Program-made: the position numbers and the translations under genes
The notes under the pieces: model-generated
The model's database searches: none
What the model was told of the DNA's origin: nothing
Seen by the model: only the letters and a program-made list of their open reading frames with translations
Origin: Leucoraja ocellata
Taxonomy: Eukaryota
DNA length: 64,000 nucleotides
Assembly: GCA_036785375.1 (NCBI GenBank)
Contig: JAWMAR010000341.1
Location: 620,001-684,000, forward strand
Direction: 5' to 3'
Shown here: piece after piece, positions 1-19,000 of the stretch
Layout of the letters: every line of letters begins with the position of its first letter
How positions within the stretch are numbered: the stretch's first letter is position 1

Positions 1-662
1 CAGTTCCTTGTGACTCCACTTTAAAGAATGGTCAGTACCTATGGCGTGAAATCCTGCAACTGTTTTCTGCTTTACAATGCAGTTAACCCATTGAAGTGAT
101 TCACTGGAATCTTCTCTAACACTGCTGCTCTCCTGCAGGGACTGGGTGGTGTCTGGTGGGATTGTGCTGGGGCTGCTGGTTTTCCTCCAGCCTGATGCAT
201 AGAGGTTGCCATCTCCCAGGTGTTTCCCACTGATTTGGACACTGCAGCAAACATGTTTTTGGAAATATTGCACTCTGAGCTGTTTGACTAATCATGGATT
301 ATCCATTTGTCTAATGAGTCATTCACTTTGGTGCATGAAGACTTAATAACATGTAAAACAACCAGGTAGTGTTGTTGCCTACTCAGCTTTCAGAGATACT
401 AGAGGCTTCATCAAGTATCTCCCAACTCCTGAAGTCTTGCCATCATTCTCACCCATAAAAACAGCACCTCTGATAATGCAGCTACCATTGTGTCGTACTG
501 TTTGCCCAAAGTAAAAGATTCCAATCTCCAAATGAACTTGACCTTTAACATCTGGCCCTGAAGCGAGAGGGCGAGTGATTTAGGTTGTTTCTCTGCATTT
601 GGAGCCTACATTCCCTGGGAATGCCAGTGTTGATATGGTTGTCAATCTTTTCTTTGCCACAG

Positions 663-7714
<7,052 letters not shown>

Positions 7715-8749
7715 GCAGCTCCCAATTTCTGACTGAACAGAGAAGCTATTTGTATACTCCAGGTTTCTGGTAGTAGTTTATCTGTGAGCTGCTTCTGTTG
7801 AGTGAGGAGTGACTGTATGTAAATAGAGGGGAAATGGGCTTTGTTATGTGATCTGATTGATTTTATATTAAGGGTGCTGAAAATCCGTTTTAAAATAACA
7901 GCTGTGATTACTTTGTTCTGTGATGCTGCTATAGTTTGTCTACTCCTGGACTGTGGTCATTCTATCACTGCACAACGGATGTCACGTCCTGCAATATCAG
8001 TCTTTGATCTTTGACGCAAGGCGCATTTGGCTTCATCTGTATTCCCTTCCCGGGTTTCTGCTCCCAAGTTGGGAAAAAGTACATAGAAAGCTGGAAAACC
8101 ACTTGCCCATGCCTCCCACTGCATGCTCTTCCCTTTCTCCCATACTCCATAATCCTCACTCCACCTCTGGCCACTTGCTACGTACAAGTGTTTCTCCCCC
8201 GTATCAGCCACCTCTGGTTGATCTATTCCTTTCAGTACTAGAGGCAAGACAATGGGATCTGGGGCTTGCCCATGTTGCTGGTTGGAGAACTTGATCCTTG
8301 TTCCTCACATGGGCAAGGTCTAGACAACTGATGGCAACAAGAATCAATGACAGGTGCTGCAACGGAACTACTTTGTGTTTTTGATGTGGTAAGATCAACG
8401 GTTGCTCAATCCTCCTGGAACCAGCAACCGAGCTGAGTTCTTTCATAGACAAGTCAGCAAAATTATGTCAATGTAGTTAAACTACAAATTTAAGTGTTAC
8501 AGAATTCAAGTGGGTTTGTGAGAGGATTGAGATTGCCACTCAGTGGTTCTCCGATGCTATCCGATGGGAGGATTCAAGCTCATCTCCTTCAGTGGTAGAG
8601 GACAGGCTGCATTGAGTGGCCTCCATTTGTGTGTCTCCTCTACTCTGTCCCTGCTGGCGTCTTGCCGCTGGGTGACCACTGAGCACAGTCTAGCCCTAAG
8701 GATGCTTTAAACGGTTGTTCATTTTTACAAACACACCCAGTGAAGCTCA

Positions 8750-8876
8750 AAGGTAGACAAAAGTGCTGGTGAAACTCAGCGGGTGCAGCAGCATCTTTAG
8801 ATGCTGCTGCACCCGCTGAGTTTCTCCAGCACTTTTGTCTACCTTCGATTTTCCAGCATCTGCAGTTCCTTCTTAA
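8750..8876. repeat. Palindromic Penelope-tail hairpin between PMPCA and INPP5E
   Basis: Inverted arms; 15-bp TSD ACCCAGTG(A/T)AGCTCA at 8735-8749 and 8877-8891. Confidence 0.8.
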
Positions 8877-9891
8877 ACCCAGTGTAGCTCATTCTTGTCC
8901 TGTGTAAGTCTGTAGAGTCCCAGTTCTCCTCTGCTATTAACTCAAGAAAAAATTTGGCCGCACACTAATGACGTTTGAATTACAACTCTTGGAACCACTG
9001 GTTAATAGAACCAAGAGGTGTCCAAGCAGTGTATCCTCCAGTAAAAAAAACTGTGCTCAGTGACCACTCGAACAAGAAGCTGGCAGAGTGATGCTCAGAA
9101 CATACATGTAATGATATTGTTTAATAATCCTCCTAAATAAAAAAAGAAAAAGGGCTAAAATACCAGTCGGTTGTAGTCTTGTGTTCACTAATTTCTTTGG
9201 TGCCAGCTTTCCAGTAAAATAACCAAGGTTGTCATTTAAATTCAAGGCATCTCAGCAAGATTACAAAGGAATGAATCCTGGAAGATCTGCATTAGCGGGG
9301 TTAGTATTAGGGTTTGTTCTTGTTTCAGTTGGACTTTCGTTGGTGACTGGCTGCATTTGTTATCCATGAACTCAGGATATTGAGATGATATCACCTACAT
9401 TATATTCTCTTGCATGTATAAGGTTTGTGTTTAAATAGCCACTTAGAATACATCTAAATCACCATGCACACTAGTCTGCCTGGGTAGCCCAGCGTCGAGC
9501 AAGGCTTCAACAAGGAGAAACTTGGAAATAACATTTTAAACAACTTTTCAAGTTCCCACATTTAGTTCATAAAAATCTGGTGTATATCAAACATTGTCAA
9601 TGTGTTGTAAATACAAAAAGCCATAAAATATAAAACAAAGGTAATAATCATGGACTGATCTATGCACCGCTACCACTTATTACTGGGTTTCACGGTTCCC
9701 TTGCGCACGCTGTTCTTCATCCTTCGGCATTGCACCTGAAGGCAGCTCTGTGACTGTTGCATGGGCTTCCATCCTGTGCAAGGTCAGCCCTGTGCTCGGC
9801 ACCCTTTGCAATGGTGCTGCACTGTTGAGGCATCTCTCTGTTGCATTGCGACAGATTGTGCAGATTAAGAAAGGCTCCTGTTCTAGTTGTG

Positions 9892-10021
9892 TCAGGAGAC
9901 ACTGCAGATTGTGCTGTTCTTCTGGTTCAATGAACTACATTGACTCGCATTCCTGGGGAACCGTCTCTTTATTCCCTCGATGTAGATATCTCTGTCAAAC
10001 TGACCGGCACACAATGGGATG
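9892..10021 (-). CDS. INPP5E: INPP5E last coding exon ([20 protein letters not shown]...STICSVS*)
   Basis: cag|CATC; CaaX box then TGA. Confidence 0.96.
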
Positions 10022-13000
10022 CTGAAGGAGTAAAGCAGACAAGTTGAACATACTCTGAAATATTTCTGCTGCACATTTCCTAATATCCAATTTAGCTTAA
10101 TACAGAACCAGTGCAAGTTCTTTATTTTTGCCCCCATTTTGGATAGTTTCACACTATAGTCCTTAGACTCTGTGTTTATCAAGGACTCAGTACAGAAAGA
10201 TGTGTGGACGTTGAACAGAAAAGAGAGCTGTCCTACAGGACCAGAAAAACATTTAGCATGGCAGGGGAGCAGAAATAAAAACAATGTCTCACTTGTCTTT
10301 TCCGGGTCGAATCTTTACTTGACAGAAGCAGTAGACAGGTCTGTGGTCCGAGGTTTTGATAGAGCTGCAGGAGCCATACTTAACCACAAGAATGTCATCT
10401 TTATGCCGATTCTTGTAAATGATTCTGTCCTGGAAGATGAGGAGAATAAGTTGCCTTTTGTATTGATCCTCCCTCTGGTTCATTTGTAGTGATAGGAGCA
10501 GAATTAGGCCATTGGAAGGTAGACTGGAGATCCTTTCCTCACCCCCACCCACTGCTTGTTGTGTGTGCATGTTACAACCACATTCCCTACATTACAACTC
10601 TGACCGAGTTTCAAAGGGACACTTTTGCTGTGAAACACAATCCTTTCAGTTCTAGAGTTCAGACTTTAGAAGACTTATCGAAGCATCTGCAATTCCCTCA
10701 CAAACCCAAATGTTCATAAGTTCTACGGGCAGAAATGGGATTGAGAGGGACAGTTAGATCAGCCACGATTGAATGGCGTTGATAGGCAATCGTGGCTGAT
10801 CTATCTGTCCCTCTCAAGCCTATTCTACTGCCTTCTCCCCTTAACTTCTGACACCTTTTGAATTTTCTTGTTTTCAAACTTAGGTAGAGTTCCATTAAAA
10901 AACAAAAATGCTACCATCCTTTCAGACTTCTAATGCATAACAGCTGCATTAAAATGTCTTATCCTCCCTCTGGTTCATTTAATACAACTCTTAAACATGC
11001 CTCTTCTGGTTATTAACTATCCTCCCCAGTGGGAAGTATTCCTCATTTTATCCAAGCTTAAACTGTTGATTTATGAGAACCTCAGATCGATTACTTTTTA
11101 ATGTTTTCTGCTTCAAGAACAATTTTAGCTTTGTGCAGGGGCTCAGCTAATCAGAAGAATAAACGAGCGGGAAGACAGGTTAAAGAAGGGACAGCCACAG
11201 CCAAAGATTCTCACAGAAATAAAACAAACTCCTTCCACTGATTCCTTACCGTGTAAGAGGGAGTCCTTTTCTTGGAACTACTGTCGTATACATCACATCC
11301 AACGTCAAATTTGTAGGTGGGTGGAAAACATATTTCAGCTTCTTTGAAGCCTTTGAAAACAGACCCTGAGGAATAAGGAAAGATCAGTGAGCTTTAATGA
11401 TGTTATCAACTTGGTACATAGGATGTGAACTGAAAAGTGCTACTGTCACATCATCAGTGAGCACATTCCCTCACTGCATACACCACAGACGGGCGAGGTT
11501 CCAATTACTAATTGCTCTGAACTTTATACTGTAGTGAATTAGTGCCCATGGAACATATCACACTGAGTTTGTGCAAAGGAAACAAGTACTCTTAGAGAGT
11601 CAGTGCTCTGTCACCTGCACCCCATCAGGTCTAGATGCCTTAAAATCCACAGCCTAGATGGGCCCTCACCCTGCTGCCCACCCCAAGTTGATGGAAGGTT
11701 CACAATTCATCCTACCCTCCTGTAGTTTCCTGGTTAACTCGTCATAATGTAAAATGGAGCAGAGGTTTTCCTGGCTGTTGCTGTCCAGGAGCTCGTCGAT
11801 CACTGCTCGCTTCACATCCAGCCGAAAGTTGAAGTCACCAAACCAGAAAACATTGTCAAACCGAGAGGTCACATCATCTACAGGAATGGGGAAATCAAAA
11901 AGAGAAAACGCTTTACTCCTAGTTATATCAAATTATGAAACTGTCGCAGGCCATGTCAGCCTGGTTCAGTGGCAGCACACCAGATGTTCACTTCTGTACA
12001 CTGCAACGCTCACAGGACCTTGTTATTAATCTATCAAGCTGGACTCTGGCGGGAAGCTTCAAGGACAGGGAGGGCTTTAGATGTGAGGGGTGGACTGAGA
12101 AGGTAGGTCTTTTAGTTACAAAGTAACTTTCACATTGAAGCTTTTTATCTGCACTGGATCATGAGCTCATTATATAAGGTCATAAGTGATAGGAGCAGAA
12201 TTAGGCCCTTCAAGTCTACTCCACCATTCAATCCCTCCTAACCCCATTCTCCTGCCATATACCTATAACCTCTTGACACCCGTACTAATTAAGTTAATAA
12301 TATCCATTGTCTCTGCCTTAATAATATCCATTGATTTGGCCTCCACGGATTCACCACCCTCTGAAGAAAGACATTCCTCCTCATCTCCTTCCTAAAGGAA
12401 CGTCCTTGTAGGAGTCAGGCCCTGCGGCCCAACTACCATTAAGCACTAGAAAAATGGAATGTGCTGGCAGAACTCAGCAGGTCAGGCAGCATCTGTGGAT
12501 GAAATGGACAGGTGCCGTTTCAGGGGACCTCCGATCAGTCTGCTGAAACACATATCCATTCCCTCCACAGATGCTGCCTGACCTGAGTTCCTCCAGCACT
12601 TTTAGTTTTGTTGAAGATTCCGCACCTGCAGTTCTTTTAATATCAATTTATAACTAAGTTTACTCTAATGCCATTTTATTCTCCCCACACTTCTATCGAC
12701 TCTCCTCCAGACTTGGCACCCACCTAAATGTTAGAGGAGATTTATAGTGATCAATTGACTTACCAAACTGCACATTTTTGAGATGTGGATGGGAACTGGA
12801 ACACCCAGAGGAAACAACTTTCAAACTCCACATAGACAGCACTGTAGGTCAGGATTGAACCCAGGTCACCAAGGTTTGAAGCTGGAGCACTGCTAACTCC
12901 GCTGTTATGCCATCCCATTGTTCTATATAACATCTCCCACCAGATAACACCAGAACTGAGAGAGTATATACGTCAAGGAGGGCTCGACCCGAAACGTCAC

Positions 13001-16000
13001 CCATTCCTTCTCTCCAGAGATGCTGCCTGTCTTGCTGAGTTACTCCAGCATTTTGTGTCTACCTGTGATTTAAACCAGCATCTGCAGTTCTTTCCTACAC
13101 AAGAAAGATTAAATATTCTGCAGTGATCCAATCAACATTTTTCCCCCAATGATGATGGATCAATACGTCAGTCATGATAAACAAGTTTTTTAATCTATGG
13201 TGGTCATAAATACAAGATAGGATTAATATAACAAGCAAGGATCTCAGAAGAAACTTCTATCTGATAATGAATGTGGGACTTCTTACCAATTGAAATCGTT
13301 GAAATTAAAAAAAAAAATCTATTAAGGGGTACCTGGAAAGTATAAGCTTGAGTTTAGTTTATTGTCACAGGTACAGTAAAAAGCTTTTCTCGCGTGCTAA
13401 CCAGTCAGCGGAAAGACAATGCATGATTACAATAGAGCCATTCATACCATGAATAACTTTTAATGTAAGATAACGGCAGTAAAGTCTGATCAAAGACGGT
13501 ACGAAGGTCTCCAATGAGGTAGACAGTAGTTCAGGACTGCTCTCTAGTTGTGGTAGGATGGTTCAGTTGCCTGATAACAGCTGGGAAGAAACTGTCTGTG
13601 AATCTGGAATAAGTGGATTATGTTGCTGAAAGGGTGAGGAGAAGAGGGGAGAAGGCCATCTGTATGTTTGTTGGTTCGAGTGGTCAGTTTTGACACTATT
13701 TTGTACACAAGACCCAGCTGGCTTTATTGCTGCACTCGGCAAATTGCACATTCTTCAAAATACCAGTACTCACTTGGGTTAGATCTGTACTGATTGGTGT
13801 TGGGAATGATTCTTGGCAGTCCAAGGGATTCTATTGTTTTAGTGTAGTCCAGCATCCGCTCAAAAACCTTCCCTGACCCAGCTGAGGGAATAGAGATATA
13901 AATTCAAATGAGGATACATTTTACTGATACTTCCCCAGAACATCACCAAATCATACTTCACTTGCACCGTGTCACTGTCCCCTTGATTCAGAATACAGCA
14001 GCACTTTTAATACGTCAAATAGGTTTAAAACTGAAAATTGAATAACCATTGGGTAGCAGCCTTACCCAACAAGATTGAGATTTTTAGGCATATGGGATCA
14101 TAATCTAGGCAAATGCTTCCTAGCAACGCTAGACAAATGCCCACATAGCGGGCCCTCTGGATAGTCCGAGCTGTTGTCTTTTGGATGCTTTATTAAACAG
14201 ACCAATGCCTTCAAGCTGGGAAAATCAGTCCAAATTAATTGAATTCAAATGGGCACAGCACTAAGCATACCTAAAACTGAGGTGCCAACCCAGTGATATA
14301 ACATGCTGCAAAAACAGCAGTCATACACAGATCTCAAAACCAACAAAATAGATTGTAATCCTAGCACAGAGTTGTGAAAGGTGATGGGTCAATTAAATAG
14401 CTAAAAAGACAGTTCCAAGATGATCTTCATCCTCGACACGCGAATGCTAAAGACCAGGCTGAAGTATTAGCAAACGTGTTCAATAGGAAGTGCCAAGTGG
14501 CTGAATCAGCTCATCATATGACGAGAGACTATGGACAGGAAAGGTTGAGGGATATGGGCCAAACATGAGCAAATAGGACTAGCTTAGATGAGACATCTAG
14601 GCCAACATGGACGAGGTAGTCCAAAGGGCCAGTTCCCATGTCATCTGACTCTATGATTGATCCATGATCTAGAGTGCATCTTCCTATATCTGCAACTGAT
14701 TCTGCAAAACTTACAGGTGAAATGAGAAGTAATGAAGAGGAAGGATGTCCCAAAAAAAGTGAATGAGATCCCCACAGCTCCTTTCGTCTTGACCTGGGAG
14801 ATGATGCGAGTTGTCACAGATGCTTGTTCCACCTCTGAGGGAAGAACAAATAGACACATAACGTAAACCTTCAAATCTGATGATCCAGATATTCCAGCCC
14901 ACACAGAACCAGATCAGTTCTTAAATAGGTTGTCCCAACCTGCACAAGCAAAACAGCTTGACACCTGAGAATCTACACTGTATCTAACCAAAACTTTACC
15001 TCTCTTAGGAATGATCGATCGATTAAGAGGAGTGAGCTCTACTCTGTACATAACTGGTGCTATAGCTGATCTGAGTGTCTGAAGTAAGAGTACTCAAGCT
15101 TCTGGGCCTGGAGGTATGATTCAAGGTCAGAATAGAAAATGAGCGACAGTATTTAATGACATTTCTGAATGTTTGGCACGTTGATATATAAAGGCACACA
15201 TGCAGTGATGTTAAACTGTACAATGCTTGTCTGGCATCATGTGCAACATTCCACTGCACAGACAAGGCCTATCCCATCACTGAAGCAAGTCTCAGCTTGA
15301 GAGTTAAAGTCTGCTTCAGCTTAAAGGAGTTGACTCTATGTGGGCCATTTTCATTTTCCCCTGCCCTCAACCCTAGTTGCTGAAGTCCTCTGATGTCCCA
15401 TCATCTGCCCAACCTGTGCTCCCTTACCCGACCAAACAATGAATGACCTGTCTGATCATTCCACCAATCCTCCCACCCCAGGCCAAATTCTCTCCCTCTC
15501 CCACCCGGCACAATCCTTTTCAAGAGAGAGTTAGATTTAGCTCTTAGGGCTGAAGGAATCAAGGGATATGGGGAAAAAGCAGGTACGGGGTACTGATTTT
15601 AGATCAGCCATGGTCATATTGAATGGTGGTGCTGGCTCGAAGGGCTGAATGGCCTCCTCCCGCAGCTATGTTTCTATGTTCCCCTGACCTAGACCATGCA
15701 ATCTTCACTGCAATCTGCATGGGGTAAACAGAATGAAATAGATGTAATTCTTCAGGTCAAAGACCTTTCATCTGATTTTGTTTGTGCACAATCTGTTGAG
15801 TATTGTCAGCTTTTTCACATTTAATTCAGATTTTCAGAATTTCATATTTAATTCAGACCGGCATGGTGACACAGCGGTAGAGTTACTGCCTTACGGCGCC
15901 GGAGTCCTGGGTTCGATCCTGTCTGCACGGAGTTTGTATTTTCTCCCCATGACCGTGTGGGTTTACTCTGAGATCTTTGATTTCCTCCCACACTCCAAAG

Positions 16001-19000
16001 ACGTACAGATTTGTAGGTTGATTGGCTTGGTATAAATGTAAACCGTCCCTAGTGTGCGGCCGAAGGGCCTGTTTCCTAAACTTATCTCGAAGCTAATCGT
16101 AATTTTAAGCACCCATTGTACTCTGCTTTAAAATGTTGTTGACGAAGGAACTGTCTTTCAGTTCTCAGCACTCACCTGAACAGAACCAGATGAGGTCTCT
16201 CCTGATGAACACGGAGAGTTGCAGCACTCCGTGTGATGCTGAGCACAGCAATACAAAGTAAGGCCCCAAGATCATCTGCAGGCGGATCTCCCACTCTCTC
16301 CTTTGCAAAGGGGGGTGGGGGAAGGGGAGGGAATGAAATTAGGTCATTCAAGGCATGATCCTGGAAGGTGTCTGCTAAGACATTAAAAAAAAATACAGAA
16401 ACTTGGCTGTTAACACCACCCCTGGGTCTATCGGACGACCCACTCCAGAGACCCATTCTCTCTTGGAACACAATCCTGAGTTTGAACACCCTTTTCCATC
16501 CCATGATCAGAATCTGCCTAAATAGTTGGTCTCAGGCCATGGAGGGAGAGCAATTAACTAGTACCTTCAGGGTTGAAGGTAGTCTAGACAAGACAAAGAG
16601 AGCACCTGTGTTCAAGAAGGAACTGCAGATGCTGGAAGATCGAAGGTACACAAAAATGCTGGAGAAACTCAGCGGGTGCAGCAGCATCTATGGAGCGAAG
16701 GAAATAGGCGACGTTTCGGGCCGAAACCCTTCTTCAGACTGATGGGGGGTGGGGGGGAGAAGGAAGGAAAAAGGAAGGGGAGAAGGAAGGAAAAAGGGAG
16801 GAGGAGGAGTCCGAGGGCAGGGGGGTGGGAGGAGACAGCTCGAGGGTTAAGGAAGGGGAGGAGACAGCAAGGTCTAGCAAAACTGGGAGAATTTGAAACT
16901 GGAAAAATCAGAGCACCTGATTTGATGCTGCACCAGTGTGGGATGAGAGAAGTATATTATGGGACATTTTTTTTTTTTTTTTGGAGGGGTTTGGAGGCAA
17001 GGGGAGGGTACAAGAGGAACTGATTGAGAACCTGCAAGACACTGGATAATGTCGTGATATTCTGCTGCTATTACTTGTCTGGGATTCCTTCCTGAGTACC
17101 GATGACATACAGGTCATGTATTGATTGAGAGTCGGAGGGCAGCAGCAGATCTTCCAGTGAATCCGGAAACTCCTGGGAAAGAGTGGAAACAGCACCGGTT
17201 AGAACAGGCTTGCTTCCATCCACCGTGATCGGCGGGAAGAAGAAAAAGCTTTCGTTAGCACAGTGCAATGATTTTACCTTCAGACATCCCAAACGTACTT
17301 TGCAGGGAGTTAAATATTATTTTACTTAGATTCATCCAGCATGGAAACAAGCCCTTCTGCCCACATTGCCCATGCTGACTAAAACGGCCAATCCAAACTG
17401 GTCCCATTTGCAGCCAGCTGCCCTATATCCCTTTAAATCTTTAAGAAGGAACTGCAGATGCTGGAAAATCGAAGGTAGACAAAAGTGCTGGAGAAACTCA
17501 GCGGTTGCAGCAGCATCTATGGAGCGAAGGAAACAGGCAACGTTTCAGGCCGAAACCTTGCTTGTTTCCTTCACTCCATAGATGCTGCTGCATCCGCTGA
17601 GTTTCTCCAGCACTTTTGTCTACCTCCCTATAAATCTTTCCTATCTAAACCTTTCCTAGTGCTTATTTTATTATTTAATGTGTGCATGTGCTCTTCATCT
17701 GGTAGAGGTGGCACTGAAATGCATTCAGGACCAGATCTCCAACTGGTTTACTTATTCCTGATTGTAACAGGCAGCTGTGACCAAGTGTCTCGGCTCTTAA
17801 CACATGGCAATTTAAATGGCTTGTCCACGTAAAGCAGAGAGATCACACTGGGCGTACCAAACCTAAACATAAAAGAGGCCAGGTGACTTGGTATTGATGC
17901 TAGTCTATATTCAAACTGAAAATTCCTCTTCATGGAGGTTTTGTCTTTGCTCTGTTTCCTATGGTTAGCTGCTCACCTTCTTGCCTTGCGTGTTCCAGGT
18001 GGCAATATACACTTGTATCATTTTGTTAGGAAAATAACGCTGCAATTCACTGGCTCCCAAAAGTGATCCGCCGGCCAGGAGATTACTGTCCATGTAACTC
18101 CTGTCGAGACACAGAGGCAGATGTTACAGTGCAGGCATGGTATAACAGTCACTAGAACTCGCTATGTTCTTAGCTAACAGTCTTTTCTGCACACCATTTG
18201 CCCTGCCATATCATTATCTTCATCTACCTTACACTTTGATCCCAGAGCAGTGCAGTCTATCAGTTGCATCGTGCCTTTCTTCTGCTGCTGTGTATAAAGC
18301 CCAAACAGAAAAAGGCACGGAGGCGACGGAAGAAAAGCTCTACGTTGTGGCGGACCCGGAACTCGTTGAGGTGAGGGCGGAGGGGAGTGAAGGAGAGGCC
18401 TCTGGTGAGGACAGACCATTCCGTATCAGAAAGCGTATCAGGGGCGTCAGGGGAGGATAGTGAAGACACGACAAGGGTGGGGGTTGGGGTCAGAGGAGGG
18501 CGGGAGCGAGATCTGTTGGGGGGGGGGGGGGGAGATGGTGGGTTTTCAGAGAGGAGCGGGGCATGTGGGTGGGGTGTAGTCGTGGTAACCTGGTTAAAAA
18601 GGGGGGAAGAGGAAGACCCCATCACTACTGAGGTTCCCTGTAGGAGGGGGAGGGGGGGGGGGGAGCAATAGGGCCCAGCAAAGTCAGACCACGTGGTGCT
18701 GGAGTCTGCATTGTGGAGGCTGTGAGCCTGGTGCTGAGCCTGGAACTCTGGCGAGGCCCGCTGGTGGGCGGCCTCAGTGGCCCCGGGCAGACGGTGAGAG
18801 TCGGCAGCCGCGGCAGTTTCGGTGGTCCGGGCCTGGGTTCGGCCGGGAAGGCGGTGAAGGTCAGAGAGGCGGTGGATGTTGGTGCCGCTCCTTGTGGTGG
18901 CAATCTCGGCCTCGTGGTTGTCGGCCAGTCCAGCGGTGGAGCCCCAGGCTTGCGGGCGGTCGAGTCGAGGAGTGTCGGTGGAGGGAGTGGTCTGGAGGCG

